Source: Eledone cirrhosa
Lineage: Eukaryota
Assembly: GCA_964016885.1 (NCBI GenBank)
Contig: OZ024746.1
Location: 46,624,001 to 46,688,000, forward strand
Direction of reading: 5' to 3'
DNA length: 64,000 nt
The notes beneath the pieces were generated by a model. The model did no database searches, was not told the origin of the DNA, and was given only the letters and a program-made list of their open reading frames with translations. The position numbers were made by a program, and so were the translations under genes. How positions within the stretch are numbered: position 1 is the stretch's first letter; each line of letters begins with the position of its first letter. This document shows, piece after piece, positions 33,213 through 48,342 of this stretch.

Positions 33213-34594
33213 CTCTCTCTCTATATATATATATATATATGAAAGTATAGAAATTGTTGTGAGCGTGAAGCCAACAGTATTTCATAATATATACGTGACT
33301 ATAACGTCAAAATGGATAAATAGTTAACGTAAGATGTGGGAAAATAATTCAAACTCAATTTTAAAAAAATCAAGACAGATTTATCCATAGAATTTTGTGA
33401 AATCCAGAGAAAAATCAATAGAGCCTTAACTCAGAATAAAATAAAGTCTAAATGCTCATCCTTCAATTTTGAAAAACTACAAATGCTCTGTATAGTCTTA
33501 AAAAGACTATTTCGCGAAACTTTCAGTTTGAATTTCGTGTAACTTTAAAAATATTCTAAAAATTAAATAATGCACGGGAACTATTTCAAAGTTGTATCCT
33601 TCTAACGCAAAACAAAGTAACCATTATTAACATTTTAATTAAATGTTCTTTCTATTGTAGATTTAAGTCATTTCTAAATATATTTAAGGTGCACAAGATA
33701 GAGTAGAGTTTTAATTACTTCCTCAAACTATTACTAACAATTTCATATTTAAAAAGAATCTAGTTTTCATGTTGAATTTAGAAATGGGAATAACAAGATC
33801 AGAAACTCATGAATACATAATGGATTTCAACAATTGTCATTTTCCATTTCGAAGACATACATTATATATTTATACAGAACAATATTACATTCATAAGTAC
33901 AAGCATAACGAAATTTATAGGATATGTGTACTCATGTAACAATTTTTAAATGCTGCAAAACTATCAATATATCCATATGTAAATACATTGTTTATATGCA
34001 AATGTAAAACTGAAAACGTATACTATTGGATGCTTGAGAGTAAACATGAAACCGACTTTCAAATATATTGGATTACTGATTTTTTTCTACTAGGCCAATT
34101 TCTATCAAGAAGGCTATAGACCAGAATGAACATTAATATATACTTCTTACAAACAGATACCCACGAACGTTAATGCGCATAAGAACAGACGGACGCATAT
34201 ACACATACAAGGAGGAGAAAGACTAAAAATATTTCTAATATATATTATGCAAAAACCAGTTTCTCGTATGTAGGGAGTAACACTTGTAAAAAGCTTACAC
34301 GCGATTAAACAATTATCAAGAAATCTTAAAAGAAAAACTATGGGTATGAGATTAAGTACGCGAAGGTGTCTCAAATACTCCAGAATAAAACTATTGAAAT
34401 AAAATAAAGAGTAACGGTATAATAATAACCAGGATACAGGCCCAGCCATAAAATATTGATGAGAAAGAATACATGTATGCATGTTAGCAATAGAATATGG
34501 TCATGTCACCAGTGGCATAGCTATAGAAAAATTCATGGGGCACAATCATTCCCCTTGAGGACATTCTTTTAATGTGATGCTTTTTAAATAATGT

Positions 34595-34770
34595 AAGACC
34601 TGCCAACCTCTAAAAACCTCAACGGGGACTACCATGAAAAAAGTTGCTCCCAAAATGGGGAGACTTTACATAATGAAAGCATTACTCATTTTCACAAGAG
34701 AAGACATCTCTCACTCACCCCAAAGTGGGTGGAAGATCTCCACGTCGGGAGGGGAGAGTTAACAGGTCTG
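34595..34770. mobile_element. MITE-like element
   Basis: Imperfect TIRs AGACCTGCCAAC-TCT / AGAGTTAACAGGTCT, flanked on both sides by TAATGT. Confidence 0.55.
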
Positions 34771-36109
34771 TAATGTTTCAAATCATTAGTTTCCTTGTGA
34801 AAAAAAAATCGAATCTCCGTACATTTTATCGGTATTTTTCAAAATATTTATCACAAGACATTCGAAGAAGATTTATTTGACGAAACTCTTAGTGTTTTGA
34901 ATTATGTTATAAGTGTCTTGCTATGCGTTGATGGCTGCTGGTATCTGAAAAGCAAAGCAAACAGTTATAACAAACTAATTCCTGGCACTGAACGATCACT
35001 TTGTGTTTTATCATATTCATATCACATGTGAAATTAATGAATAGAGAATGTCATTATGTATAATATAGTTAATGAAATATTTAGCGTAATAAAAGAGAGA
35101 TGAATGTACGTTTACGCATCTAGTTTATTCATAACCAAAATTTAAGAACATACCAATAATAATTTTCTCGAATGATAATATACTATCATATTATTGTCAC
35201 GCGCTGATAATATCTCTTATTGCATTAACAAACATTATTTCTCAGTAATGCACTGGGTAATTGCTGGCCTTGTGCCTAAAGTAGAAACAATCATTTCTCC
35301 CTGCACATCATATATATCACAAACAGCTCATAAAGCACCTGCTGAGAATATACAATCGTATAGTAGTGGATTATTTTCTAATATATATTGCAAAGATGTG
35401 ATTAATTTGCTTCTCATTTTCTTGTGTTAGTGTTATGTTATATCTATTGTGTTGTTTTCCTGATAAGGAATGCTATGGAGGAAAACAGAAAGAAGAATAA
35501 GAAATTATTTGGGAGAGACAGAAAGATGATGAAAATAATTGCAAATCTAGGAAGGGAATCATCAGAATATCAGACGCTTACTAATCATTTGGCAAGTACA
35601 TGGTGTTTGCTGCATCAGAGATGGAATTGTACATGACTTGAAACCATCTAATGTCTTCCTATTACCTACTTGCACCCTAAGGAATGATGCATGTTAGGGT
35701 GTCGAGAATTTGATATTCAATACTGTTCAAATTCTTGATCGACATTTGAGTTCTGTTTATTCTAAACTCGCTATTAACTAATACAGTTTCGCAATGATCC
35801 TTTAACTGACTCTAGCTTATAGAATCGTACCACTGTTCTAAAATAAACGTTGATGCAGTGTTTGGTTTAACTTGGCTCTGCATTGAAAGAACGTTGGTTA
35901 ATAAGTGACTATTAATATGCATGCATGGTCCCGTAATTCCTCAGGGTTTTCCAGGGGTACCGTATTGAAATAAGGCGTTTCTAGGGCATTTCTTTAAACA
36001 CCTGGTGGTGACCATCTCCTCTCCAGATGTGAATACAGATTGTTTCCTGAGACGTATTGAGAAAGTGAGAGAAGGAAAATGAGAAAGAAATATAGAGGAA
36101 GAATTGATC

Positions 36110-36255
36110 CAGTACTAGACTGGTACTTTTTTATCGACCTTGAATAGATGAAGGCAAATGTAACCTCGCCGTGATTTGAACTCAGAGAATAGAGCGCCTA
36201 AACGAATACCACAAAGCACTCTCTGACGTTTTAACGACTATCTATTCGCTACCTT
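36110..36255 (-). mobile_element. Old SINE family A copy
   Basis: CTGGTACTTTTTTATCGACC...GATGAAGGCAA...ACCTCG...ATTTGAACTCAG, diverged. Confidence 0.6.
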
Positions 36256-37335
36256 CGACTTATAATATAGTGACTGATAATTTTACTAGAATAAGGTTTT
36301 AATAAAAGGGAATACTTTAGTTTCTGAATACATAGTTCATAGTACACGTTACATTTTCTGGATACGTTTAAAATATAAAATGTTCGTCTAACACACGTTT
36401 TGTTTCATTGCGTTTGGGTTTTACATACAAAATAAGTTATGTACTTCCTTTAAATTTTTTCTCCCTTCTGCTTTCATTTTAAATACAAAACTAAAGTAGT
36501 TAATGAATTTTTTTTTTAAATGCTTGGTACGTGTCTGGACAGCTTCTTTCGTTCTCGCTAATCTGTAACTTTAAAACCTGGCTACTCCTCTCATAGCCAT
36601 ATCTATCTATTTATATACACACACATCGTATGCAATCATTGATAATTGTTTATCTTTTTTATCGAACTCATACATCAGTTCCAATTAATTTCATTTCTCG
36701 TCCGAAGATCGTTAACAAGAGACTTGAATAGAAATCTATCAAGCTTTTCAGCTTAAATAAAAATAAATATTTAATTTTACTTTCATTATTGAGCACTATT
36801 TTCTGCATCTTGTTACCGTTTTAAAGAACGTTTTTATGCAGTAAGGACCCAAGGTTAGCTCTCCTGACATTCTATTTCACATATCATTGCATAAGCATCT
36901 GCATGTTGTATGGAATCTTGTATTCTCCATGAAACTTCCGATAGTGACACCAAATTTAATTTAATATATATCGAATAATATTGTCTAAATTAATCTTCTC
37001 GTATCAACAATCTTCTGACCTCAATTATCTATTTAGAGTTTTAAATCTTTCCACATAGTTTAAACGGTTGCGATTTAACGCTGACATTATCAAATGATCT
37101 TTCTATAAATCTTATCAAATGTAACTGGCATATTCAATTCTATAAGAATTCCTTACTTTTGGTGAATGTTTTAAAAGACGTAATCTATAATATTTAGTAC
37201 ATATCTTATGTGTCTTATTCCACATTTTCGAGAAGGGCAGATTCGAAAGAGAGTTCAGACGTCTCGATCATTAGTGTACCAGAAAACCAAGTCACCGGTT
37301 TATATACGGTTACTGTTGGTAGGTATTATTGTTTA

Positions 37336-37520
37336 GGCGGTGGATTGGCAGTATCGGTAGAGAGTCGGACGCCATGCTTTCCAGCATAGTTACGTCCCTT
37401 TACGATCTGAGTTCAAATCCCGCCGAGGTTGACTTTGTCTTTCATCCTTACGGGGTCGATAAAATAAAGTACCAGTAATGCAGTGGGTAATTGCTGGCCT
37501 TGTGCCTAAAGTAGAAACAA
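37336..37520 (+). mobile_element. tRNA-derived SINE family A (Deu/Nin-like central domain)
   Basis: TGGCAGTATCGG A box, GAGTTCAAATCC B box, CTTTCATCCTTACGGGGTCGATAAAATAAAGTACCAG core. 12-bp TSD ATTATTGTTTAG. Confidence 0.9.
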
Positions 37521-38448
37521 TTATTGTTTAGCCCAAGCTTAGTTGTGATTAAGGATCAAACGTTCCATTTTTCAAATATTTAGAACAATGTTATCGAATG
37601 TATTTTGGAAGATATAAGCGTGATTTGGCTACTATTTTTAGCTATTCAAGTAACTACGCATAGGCTTTTTCTTCTCTTTTTATCTTCAGAGTTTTATCTT
37701 CCTCAAATATTGGAAATAATCACTTGTCTTACTGGTTCATGATGAGTAAGAAAACATATCAATAGCAAAATACGTTTTCTAGCAGTACTGATATAAATTG
37801 TATTGATCGTTCGAGCAATGAAAGATGAAATTATCCTGGGAAAGATGTCAATTTCGAAAATCGAAACTAAATGCTGCATAAGACGGAAAACCGTTCTGCT
37901 CCAATGTTTCGAATACATCGATGTCCTTTTAGGGAATTCATACTGATGGTGAGAAGGAGGTTTAGATTGTGTGATGATCGTGAATGTTAGTGTCATAGAC
38001 ACCATGAAACAGTGGCAACCGCCATTGATAATTCAGCTGGTATTTGCTCTGGTATTTGCTTATTATATCTGTGTATAAAAGTTTATTATCCCCTGTGCTG
38101 TTTTTCAGTTTATGCAGTTAATTATTGATTTTATGTTATTTATTTATCCACAAGGTCATGCATGCATAAGGAAGGAATATACTTATTGATGTTGTGTTTA
38201 CTCACAAGATCACACATGTATAGAAAAGGCATATAGTCATTGATCGCTTATTTACTTAGAAGGTCACACATGGGCAAGAAAGTAGAATAGGCATTTATAT
38301 CGAGTCAGCAGATTACTGACACTTATGTTATCAGCACTTACAAAAATCGTTCCGTGGGATTTTAGCATAGCCTAGAATATAGTAACTACTATAAAGCATG
38401 CACTGAATCAACGTTCTGACTTCTATCTCTATTGAGCACACTACTGTA

Positions 38449-38750
38449 AAGAGATGTAGCTAAGTGGTGAGGCTATTCAGTTCACGATCGTAAGATTGAT
38501 TTCTGGCGTCACATTGTGTCCTTGAGGAAGACACTTTATTTCGAGTTACTCCAGTCCACTCATCCAGCAAAAACGAGTTGTACCTGTAATTCAAAAGGCC
38601 AGTTATGTCACATTCTGTGTCACACTGAATACATGTTAAGGGTACGCATGTCTGGGAAATGTTCAGTCACTTGCAGGTTAATTTCTCGAGCAGGCGATTC
38701 TGTTGGGTATATTAACTGGAACACTCATCGTCGAAACCGACGGAGTACTT
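38449..38750 (+). mobile_element. Older SINE sharing the family B head but with a different tail
   Basis: TAGCTAAGTGG...GATCGTAAG...TGTGTCCTTGAGGAAGACACTTTATTTC, then divergent sequence. Confidence 0.65.
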
Positions 38751-39643
38751 CTACCTACTTACTAGGACGATTAGAATTTAAAAAGACTGTTATCTACAAT
38801 CATGTAACGATGAAATGCTGTACCAAGGGAAATGTCAATGTAGTTATTCTACCTGCTAGAATTAGCAGCTCATCTTTCCCTCCAATCACATCTTACTGCA
38901 TTAAGAAAGAAAGGACACACTGAATAGTGTAGTCCTTGACATACATAATACAAAGTCTAAACACTGGTGCTAAACAACATTTGATCTGGAAGTTTCACTC
39001 AGCATAACAACATTAAAAGTTTTTGTATATTTTAACGATATTTAGCAGGAAGAATATTGAAAATAAAAAACAACACATAATTAAATCTATTACATTATCT
39101 AGATTGATATTTCTGAAAAAACTTTACTTTTTCTGTATGTGAATTGGTGGATGTTGGATCTAATGATTTCAGTCAATGCATTATATAAAGAGATATACAC
39201 AGTCTTGGCTTCCTGGGGCATATGCCTGTCCCGAAAAGAAAATGAGCGCATATATCATTATAATAAAGGACATGATTATTTGACAGCACCTTTGTGATAT
39301 CGGATTTCTCTGGAAAGAGGTAATGTGTGCATGTACTAGCAGCAGGGAATATCAGCGAAATAGGAGGGAAAAAGAGAGCTTATTTCTCTTAAATTTCTTT
39401 CTTTCTTCTTTCTCTCACACAAACTCCTGACGAACCATATATCAATCTAGATCATGAGAGCAAACAATGTATATATGAATATATACATATATACAAACAA
39501 CACACACACGTGCGCATATATATATATATATATATTGTTTGCTTCTAATAACAGAAAAGTCAACTAATAACTAAATGGCCATCTACTACTCACTATCTAT
39601 CATCTCTCTCTATGTATGTATGTATTTATTAAAATATTATTAT

Positions 39644-39735
<92 letters not shown>

Positions 39736-39936
39736 ATAGTCGGCGATACTGGGACCGCGAAGACAACAAATCAATCAAAGAGGTACTCGATACATAGAAT
39801 GATGTAGAATGGGTATAATATTAAATGTAGAGGATCTACTGCAAGAAGAGGTAACTACGCATATATATATAGAGGATATATATAGAGGATCTACTGTAAG
39901 AAGAGGTAATAACGCATATATATATATAGAGAGAGA

Positions 39937-40044
39937 AATATTAAAACAATGAAATTAAACAAAAAAACGGTTAATTCATAGTAAAACTCATTATTTTACT
40001 ATGAATTAACCGTTTTTTGTTAAATTTCATTGTTTTAATATTTT
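39937..40044. repeat. ~50 bp near-perfect inverted repeat (foldback)
   Basis: AAATATTAAAACAATGAAATT...CATAGTAAAA / TTTTACTATG...CATTGTTTTAATATTT. Confidence 0.85.
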
Positions 40045-43000
40045 TATTTTTGACTCTGTATCGTTGACTTTGAATTATATCGTTGAAAATTTTGAATTTT
40101 AAACTTTGCTTCACGACATCTACATACAGATCACATTGAGTTCTTCATACGGTTTAGACCCTACTATTGATTGGTAGATTTATCTGTGTATATATATATG
40201 TGTGAGGATGGTGTGTGCGTGTGTGTGTATATATGTGTATGTGTGTGCGTATGTATTTCCCTCAACCTATTTCATTTGCACTGTATATAGGAAGAAATAT
40301 AATCGATAATCCCCGGGAAGAAGTAAAGAATTTCAATTTCTTGGCTAACATTCTTAAAGAGTATTTCTCGGAAGTGCTCTTTTCACTTTATATTTATTTT
40401 TAGTCCTGCAAGTGACAAAAGGGAGAAGCATATATGTAAAGGAAACCTATAAACGTTTGAAATTACTTTAACCTTTAAGCTAATGCCATTTTATATATTA
40501 ATCGATCTGAGATGCATGAAGAATAAGATTTCCTATTCTCTTGTATAACAGATCACTTTAAGCATTTATACAGCTGTTGGGTTTAGGAGAATAATACAAA
40601 ACTCACTTTCTTCCCCTCTCACTCATTCACACTCACATACACGTACACACACACACCTATATATACGATATTTTGTGTCATTTTTGCTTTTTATCATACA
40701 TCAGATATCATAAACAATATTCAAGAAGCTGCCTTTTATACTTTATACTTTACTCATAATGTTACTCATTTTATCGACTTTATAGTATTAGAATCACAAA
40801 TATGAGGCGATGAAATATGCTATCGTCAGCCATATAAACTTGATTTACCAAGGGCGTCTAAAAAATGTATCCACGTTACAACTTTCCATCTCAATCCTCC
40901 ACAGAATTGTCAGCTTTCCTATAGAGATGGGTGGGATATGTTATAGCCCGAGTCAGCTTGTTTCAAAAGAGATCTACCATAAAACTGAAAGCATTTCACC
41001 CATGACCGTAGTAGTTTTGTAAATCTAAGATAATATTATCCAAAGCTTCATTTTTTAATTTTGTAGGTTAAGATCCAAAGTATGTGGCCATTTTAAACAG
41101 TGGCAGTAATCACATAATAATCAATCTACAGTAGTTATAATAGACAAATATTGGATGTTCTGTCTGTAACGGTAACGTGATATATTCATCATCCTGGTTT
41201 CATTTCTCTGATTTCGTTTCGTCGTTCTAGAGCAGTGGTTCCAAATCCTCTAATTCGTTACGCCCGTGACTCATTTTAGCAAATCGATAATTTTCTACGA
41301 CTCTTCCTTTATATTGAAATAAATATAATAATAAAATCATCACAACTGGAATATATTTGAGGGCAAATATGGATTTCTCATTGAGGTACAAGGTCAGCGA
41401 ATTTGAGAGAAATGCAAACATGATTAAATCAACTCTAATACTTAACTGATACTTTATCTTATCGGCCACAGGTTGAACTTGAAGGGATTTGAACTCAATG
41501 TAGAAAAACAAAAATATGACATTTTATATCACACCCTACCAGTTTAGCCTAATCACTACAATGTCTTGGACGTATGCATTACATGCTACTTACTGTATTA
41601 CAGTATTACATTGACTTATTTGACATTTCCTAATCATCTTTTACGGGAGGATAAAATAAAATAAGCAGCATTCAAATACTAGAGATCGATTTAATCGATT
41701 TTACCTAACCCCAAAACGCCTTGGTTAAAAATCTATTATATTACTAGTAGGAATGATTATAAAATTTAACTATATCCCGTGTGCAAAGTTGTTAGTTACT
41801 AAACTGTATTTCCATGTGAAATTACTACGAAAATACACTACATTAAATTTAAACAAGACTGAAATGCCTGTAATTGTATTAACGCAATTAAAATATGTTC
41901 TGTATACCAGAGCAACGCAAACGCTACCAATGAGGAAGTCTTCACCTGATACCTCGACTTACAAGAAATAACACTTTGTCACCTTAAACAAGAAAAGAAG
42001 GAGTTAATATAACATTAGATATCCCTAAAAATATGGGATGTCATGGTTGGAAAACATTTTGATAATACTTCTTGATTACGATTACCTTGCGATTAAAATC
42101 AACAACGACCTCAAAATAAAATTGTTATTAGGAGATAAAAATCCATCCAACGCATGTGTTCAGTGAAGTTGAGAAGTATGAGAGACAGGAGTTAACGATC
42201 TGCATTTCAAATTTGTTAATATAATTGGTACTCAGGCACTCGTTTGGCGATATCTCCATGTAAAAATCGTTAAGTATGAAGTACATGAGAAATATATTAA
42301 AATGAGGATTTCTTTGTAGAGAGTGCAAAGTCAAGACACTGACCTGATAGTAATGTCAATGACGATGAAATGATGAACGGAAAAATAGAGCTATTGGAAT
42401 ACAGAATATGAGAATTGAGGCATAGCTAAATACATTTAGTTCGATACACTTACCTTGTATGTTTTCGCAAAGTATACAATAATCCCATTCTCGACGGCGA
42501 CCGGTGCAAAGTGAAAGTAGCCGGAACAGTTACGGTATATCCTTGAAATTTGAATCCAGTGTGAAATGGTTACTGGTCAGAGACATCAGCCGTTTAAGAA
42601 GCGGTTGTCATTAAATATATTAAACGTAATGTGGTGCAAATAGGTGTAAGGTTATGTAAGGCGGTGGTTAGGTTAAATGCCGGATAAATAAACAATTATT
42701 TTAATTTCTTCAACACCAAAATAGTTGTACATAACAAATAACTTCCAAAACAATTCGTTTATTTAGAAGGAGTGACTGATAAGATTTAAACGACGATAAC
42801 AAGTGTAACAAAGGCCACTTCTAGAGAAGTAAACCGCGATGAAAATACAGCTTGTCTCATAGTAAATAGTAGCTCATGCGACGACCATCAGTTTAATTAG
42901 ATGACCTCGGCGTCGGGAACACCAGTGGCTTTGAAGACTATCGACTATTAATTCGACAATGGGTTGGCATAACTGCTCCAGTTAGCGGAGAAATCTGTGA

Positions 43001-43253
43001 GTCTGCAGGTGTGGCAAGCCGCATATAGCCATTAGTAAAATGCCCCACCTTTGAATGAGGGATGACATAAGAAGAAGACTGGCATCTGATTAAGCGCAGA
43101 AAGTCTGAAATGGTATTAGCGAATAGGATTTTCGTTCTCGGTGAAGTGATAAATGAAAAACATTTAAATAATTGGAGGGGAATATTCTTTAAAACTTTAA
43201 AATTATTTATTATAAAAGAATGTTTAATAAACTAGAAAGATATTAATATTAAT

Positions 43254-43431
43254 TGTTTCTACTTTAGGCACAAGGCCAGCAATTATCCAGTGCATTACTG
43301 GTACTTTATTTTATCGACCCCGTAAGGATGAAAGGCAAAGTCAACCTCGGCGGGATTTGAACTCAGATCGTAAAGGGACATAACTATGCTGGAAAGCATG
43401 GCGTCCGACCCTCTACCGATACTGCCAATCC
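43254..43431 (-). mobile_element. SINE family A
   Basis: Near-identical to the 37336 copy. TSD AATATTAAT. Confidence 0.9.
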
Positions 43432-44057
43432 AATATTAATGAGAGAAATACTCCTTCAGTAAAAATTAGGTGCTCTAGAGGGTGTCATGTGTCTCAATGA
43501 AAATATCAAATAGTTCTTTAAAGTAGGATACAATTTCCTTTTGTTAAGGGCAAAGGTTTCTAGGTGCTAACATGCTAAAGAAATCCAATATCACTGATTC
43601 AATTAAGGTTACGTTCAATGTATTTGCCGATTCCGATTTTTTTGTGATGTTCAAAATTTTAAAATCCCGTTGAAATACACTTCTTTATAATGTCTATACA
43701 TGACAACAATATGACAGTACTTGCTACTTCATTCTTTTATTTTGAAGCTTATAATATAGTTAAACACTTGAATAATTTTGTATTCTTCATCATAGCAGCT
43801 GTCATTATCAACGATTTATTGTGAACAAATTTTGTATTGTTAGCTTTCAAATTATTCGTGACAATTCTATTATTAATAATAGCTTTAAATGTTGACATTT
43901 TGAAAACACGCTTCTAGCAATAAAGTGGATTTAGAAATGTTGGAGCAATTTCCTCTACAATATCAAACCTTCAACACATTTTATGGTGGCGCAATTATCA
44001 ATTGGGTGCGTGTTGTATGGAATTACATTCAACATTACAGAATGAATATTGTTACTA

Positions 44058-44250
44058 GACCGGTGGATTTGTAGTATCGGTAGGCCGTCGGACACCATGC
44101 TTTTGTCTGAGTTCAAATCCGCCGAGATTAGCTTTGCCGTTCATCCTTACGGGTTCCATAAAATAAAGAACCAATAATGCGCTAGGGTCGATTGAATCGA
44201 CTTTCCCCTCCCCTAAAATTGTTGGCATTGTGCCTAAATCCAAAACCATT
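44058..44250 (+). mobile_element. Older, longer SINE family A variant
   Basis: GAGTTCAAATCCGCCGAG...TTCATCCTTACGGG...TGTGCCTAAA, with an extra internal segment. Confidence 0.75.
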
Positions 44251-45142
44251 ATTGCAACTAAAAATATTGCGCTTAATTTTTATCTGATGGGGGTGTTATG
44301 AGGCATTAAGTTACCCTCTCCATGGTCACTCAATTTGTTAGAAAAAATTAGTACATCTCTTTTATATCATATCCCAACGTTTAAAGAAATATAATCATAA
44401 ATAGAACGCTTTTGATAGTATGTCTGTTCGTTCATGTTCAATTAACAGCCACAGCATATCCAAGGCTATATAGAAAATCTCATGAACAAAACTAATTACT
44501 TTGCTCCAGCATGGCCGTAGTTGCGATGTTTGAAGGATACTAAAAGGCAGAAGTAAAATAATTTACTGTACCATTGCAAGTGAGGTGTCATTAAGATGTT
44601 GCATTGCTTTACAACTCAATTTACCTTACTCTATATGTTTACTGCTGACATTTAGCCTCATGTCTGTCTTGATTGGTGTAATGCTTCTTTGGAGCATTTC
44701 AGTCGTGACCACCCCATCCATGTTTTCCGTAAGACGTATTGTTTAAAATATAGACTTGGACTATTTTTTATACAATATAACATCTTAAAAAACACTATAA
44801 AGTGTGATTCGTGGAAGATTTAATCGATATCTCTAGGTTGTTCAGCTTTCAGGAAGAGGGCTTGTATTCGTTTGGGCTGTAAGCAATGACGGCACTAAGA
44901 AATCTATTAAAGTTTCCTGCAAGCGTGAATACAAAACAACCATTGATATATCTCAGAGAGGAAAAAGTCCCACTACTCTATTTTGAACTGTATACACTAC
45001 ATGGATACAAACGCATCAGTTGTACACATTTGAAAACTCGCCATTGTTACAGGATCATGAAAGAAAGGATATCTTATCTTCTGTTATGTGCAGAAATAAT
45101 CTTGAATCAAGGATTTTAAAAATGATTAGTTGAAACCATAAA

Positions 45143-45292
45143 GGCAGAATCATTGGCAGAATCATTAGTGCATCGGAGAAAAATGTTTACGCTATTCGTT
45201 TCGGCCCATTACGTTTAGATTTCTAATCTCACCGAGTTCAATATTGCCTTTCGTTCTTCCGGGGTCGATAAAATACAGTAGCTGTCAAGTAC
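45143..45292 (+). mobile_element. Diverged SINE family A relative
   Basis: TGCCTTTCGTTCTTCCGGGGTCGATAAAATA core. Confidence 0.55.
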
Positions 45293-48006
45293 ACTTCACA
45301 CACAAAGAATGCATCCTTTTATCTAAAATACAAACCTATATTGGGACCATAATGTAGCTTTTATATTCAGATATGAATGCTAAGAAAATAGGTTTTAATT
45401 TATCCCTGGAAATGTTGTCTGTCATAGAAATTTGTCATTATTATCAGTTTTCTGAGTGATGGAAACTAAATGATGTAAAATTAAATTTATTTTCAGAGAG
45501 GCAATGATACACTCTAAATTAACATAACTAAAATATCCAGATTTGTTGTATAAACTTGCTATGTAGCTTCATTATATCTTTATATATACCTTTGTTTCAA
45601 GTCACTGGACTACAGCTATGTGAAGGCACCACTTTCAAGGGCTTTGAGATGAATATTATGACCTAGGTAATTATTTCAGTACCAGCTTCATCACGTTATG
45701 AGGCATCAAGAAACAATATTTACAATACATGTTCCTACTCACATTTTTTCTAGCAAATTCCATTTAGCAGTCAAACCGTGGCTATAGAAAAAAGGTTTTT
45801 CCAAGTTCCCTTGCTGGTGTATTGAACTCAAAACCTCATAATTACTATGCACACGTTTTGACTGCATAGCTAATATATCGAGCTCAGTATAAAAAATCCC
45901 AAATATTTAGATTTAATTGGGATACGATCTGCTAACGTCTCGTCTAATTGTCCCTTACCTTCTCCGCTAAGTTTAGCTGTTAAGTTGTCTTTAAATTTAA
46001 AGGTATTTTACAGAACGGAATTCAAATGCCAGAATAATTCAATCGAATCATTTGCATAATTTAAAAACAAATCTAAAGGAAATAATTAAAATGTAACAAT
46101 GACATGCATTTAAATATTTTATGTGACTATGGATCGAACGAGACATGCCAAAATATCTCAGATAAAAAAGTAAACGAAAATGTTAAAAGTAATGGTTAGC
46201 GACCATAGCCCTGCGTACAATGTTTTCCTTAGTTGACTTTATTTTAATTTAGTTATGCAAATTACTACTGACCAAAAATCTTTCTAACTCCATTTCTAGA
46301 AGTAAAACTCTTTGTCGACTGATCAAGCAGGCTCAAATTTGATGATGCTTCACTGACAATGTATATCGTTATCATGTTGCCTGGTAACAATGATCTGATT
46401 TCCCCATAATCTTGTAAATTAATTTTGTGAAATTAATTTTTAATTTGTTGACATTATTTCTCCTTTTTTGTGACAGTCACTAACAATTACTGCTAAATTT
46501 TAATTTTCCTTCTTGAAATAAGAGAGAAATTCCAATTAATTTTGGCTATCTTTGCGCAAGTTATTTAATATCTCTCGCATTGCCTGAATATTTTGTATAG
46601 AAGCTCACTTCTGTCTTGCTTATTCCTACGACTGGCATTTGGGATACTCTCCATATTTTTAAACAATATCACCTTGTGCGAGTACTCGGAGTCCTTTCCG
46701 GCATTTTAAATATCCTTGATTTCATAAAAGCGTTTTTTTTTGTAGACGCATTAATACTAAAACGTTGTTGTTTATGTTCCTGTGTGTGAAAACGAAAGAG
46801 AGCATGAGAGATAGAGGGAGAGAGAGAGAGTTATTGTGTTTGTGCATGTAAGCGTTTTAGAAAATAACTAAAAATAGAACCAACATATTACGAATGAACA
46901 TTCAATGAAAACAGATAAAATGCCAACTCTTTAGGAATGCTAGAAATGAGATTGCTCTAGTCGGTAGGGTAACCTATTAATGTTCTTGCGAAGCAACTGA
47001 AATCTCCCATGTTCAAAACACCTACTTGCAAATAAATACGAGAGTTAAGGATGCATTTGATGGTAAATAACGGGAAGAGTGTAATGTAACGAATATTTAG
47101 TTTTCTTTTTGAAAGCATCAACAGTAAATTTGAAGAAAAGATGTTATTTACAATAAACAGCGACAAAATAAAAATAGAAAACCGGTACTAACATTTTTGA
47201 AAAACGAAACTACCTCAACAATTGAAACACAACTTGAGACTTTCATTTCTGAGTTTTCATGACATTTAATGCTGGTGGATGGGATAAATTAAATTTTAAG
47301 TTGATTTTTATCAGAAATTCGTCAAATCTTTGCTGAATGAAGGACAGAGAGAAGAAATAGAAAAACGGCAAGGGAGAAATTAATTTTAAATATATAAATA
47401 AAATTGGAAGATTGCAGAGAATAAATGAATTCATTCGTGTAGTAGAAAATAAGCCCCAGCAAATAAGACAAGTTTTTCTGCAAAATTTAAAATAAGAGTA
47501 AACAGAATCATTTAAAAAATAGTCGTTTACTATAAAATGGACAAAATAATTGATTTAGGAAATATTTATCTCAGCGTTTAATGTTTGTACTTTATACTGA
47601 AGGCAATGAATATCCTTCGAGTTTTATTTATTTAATATATATTACAATGTCAATGTTCTTATTATGTTAGTTGCTTGCTTTTAATGTTATAAATTATTAT
47701 TTTCGTTGTTTGTGCAAGTTATAGAAAGGTTTGTTCAGTGGTTATTATATTTAATCATTAATTTGCAGTAACTTACATTTAGTTGATATAGTTATGATTA
47801 TTGCGACGAATGATTATATTGGTGCTTTTATTATATTTCTTTTTCTGCATAGTGCCATACATGTACATATACACATCAGTTAATTTATCTGTCTAAATAT
47901 CTATCTATGTCTGAGTGCGAAAAGTAAAGGAAAAAAACAACAAGGGAACGATACAGTAAAATGAAGGCATATATGTTTAAAGCTTGATAGAGTAGAAAAA
48001 GTGTCA

Positions 48007-48034
48007 TAACGTTTGAGACGTAGTCCTTCATCAA
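48007..48034 (-). ncRNA. Degenerate minimal hammerhead motif
   Basis: Reverse complement: TTGATGA-A-GGAC-TAC-GTCT-CAAAC-GTT-A. Core mutated at two positions. Confidence 0.4.
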
Positions 48035-48174
48035 AAGATAGAATGATAGATAGAAGAAGGAACAGAAAGATAGAGCAGAGTACGTAGTGGAAGAAATGAA
48101 AAAAAATTATACTAAGTACATGTGTATTAAGTCAGCCATTTTGGGGGATAATGCTTGTATATCTTTGTTAACTT

Positions 48175-48229
<55 letters not shown>

Positions 48230-48342
48230 CATTTGTGTGTACACGTGCTTGTGGCAATGCTATATGTGTGTATGAAGGTCTTATGTGCGACGGACCTTGT
48301 CCAAGATAGTGTTGCTGTTGGAAGTGTAGAGGTAATATATAT

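Noticed and set aside
37690-38040. Exon-like stretch after a polypyrimidine-AG
   Set aside because: Stops in all three plus frames, and the minus-strand ORF has no recognisable motif.
42446-42600. Possible minus-strand first exon (ATG...AAG|GTAAGT)
   Set aside because: A single good donor site only, with no supportable downstream exons or protein similarity.
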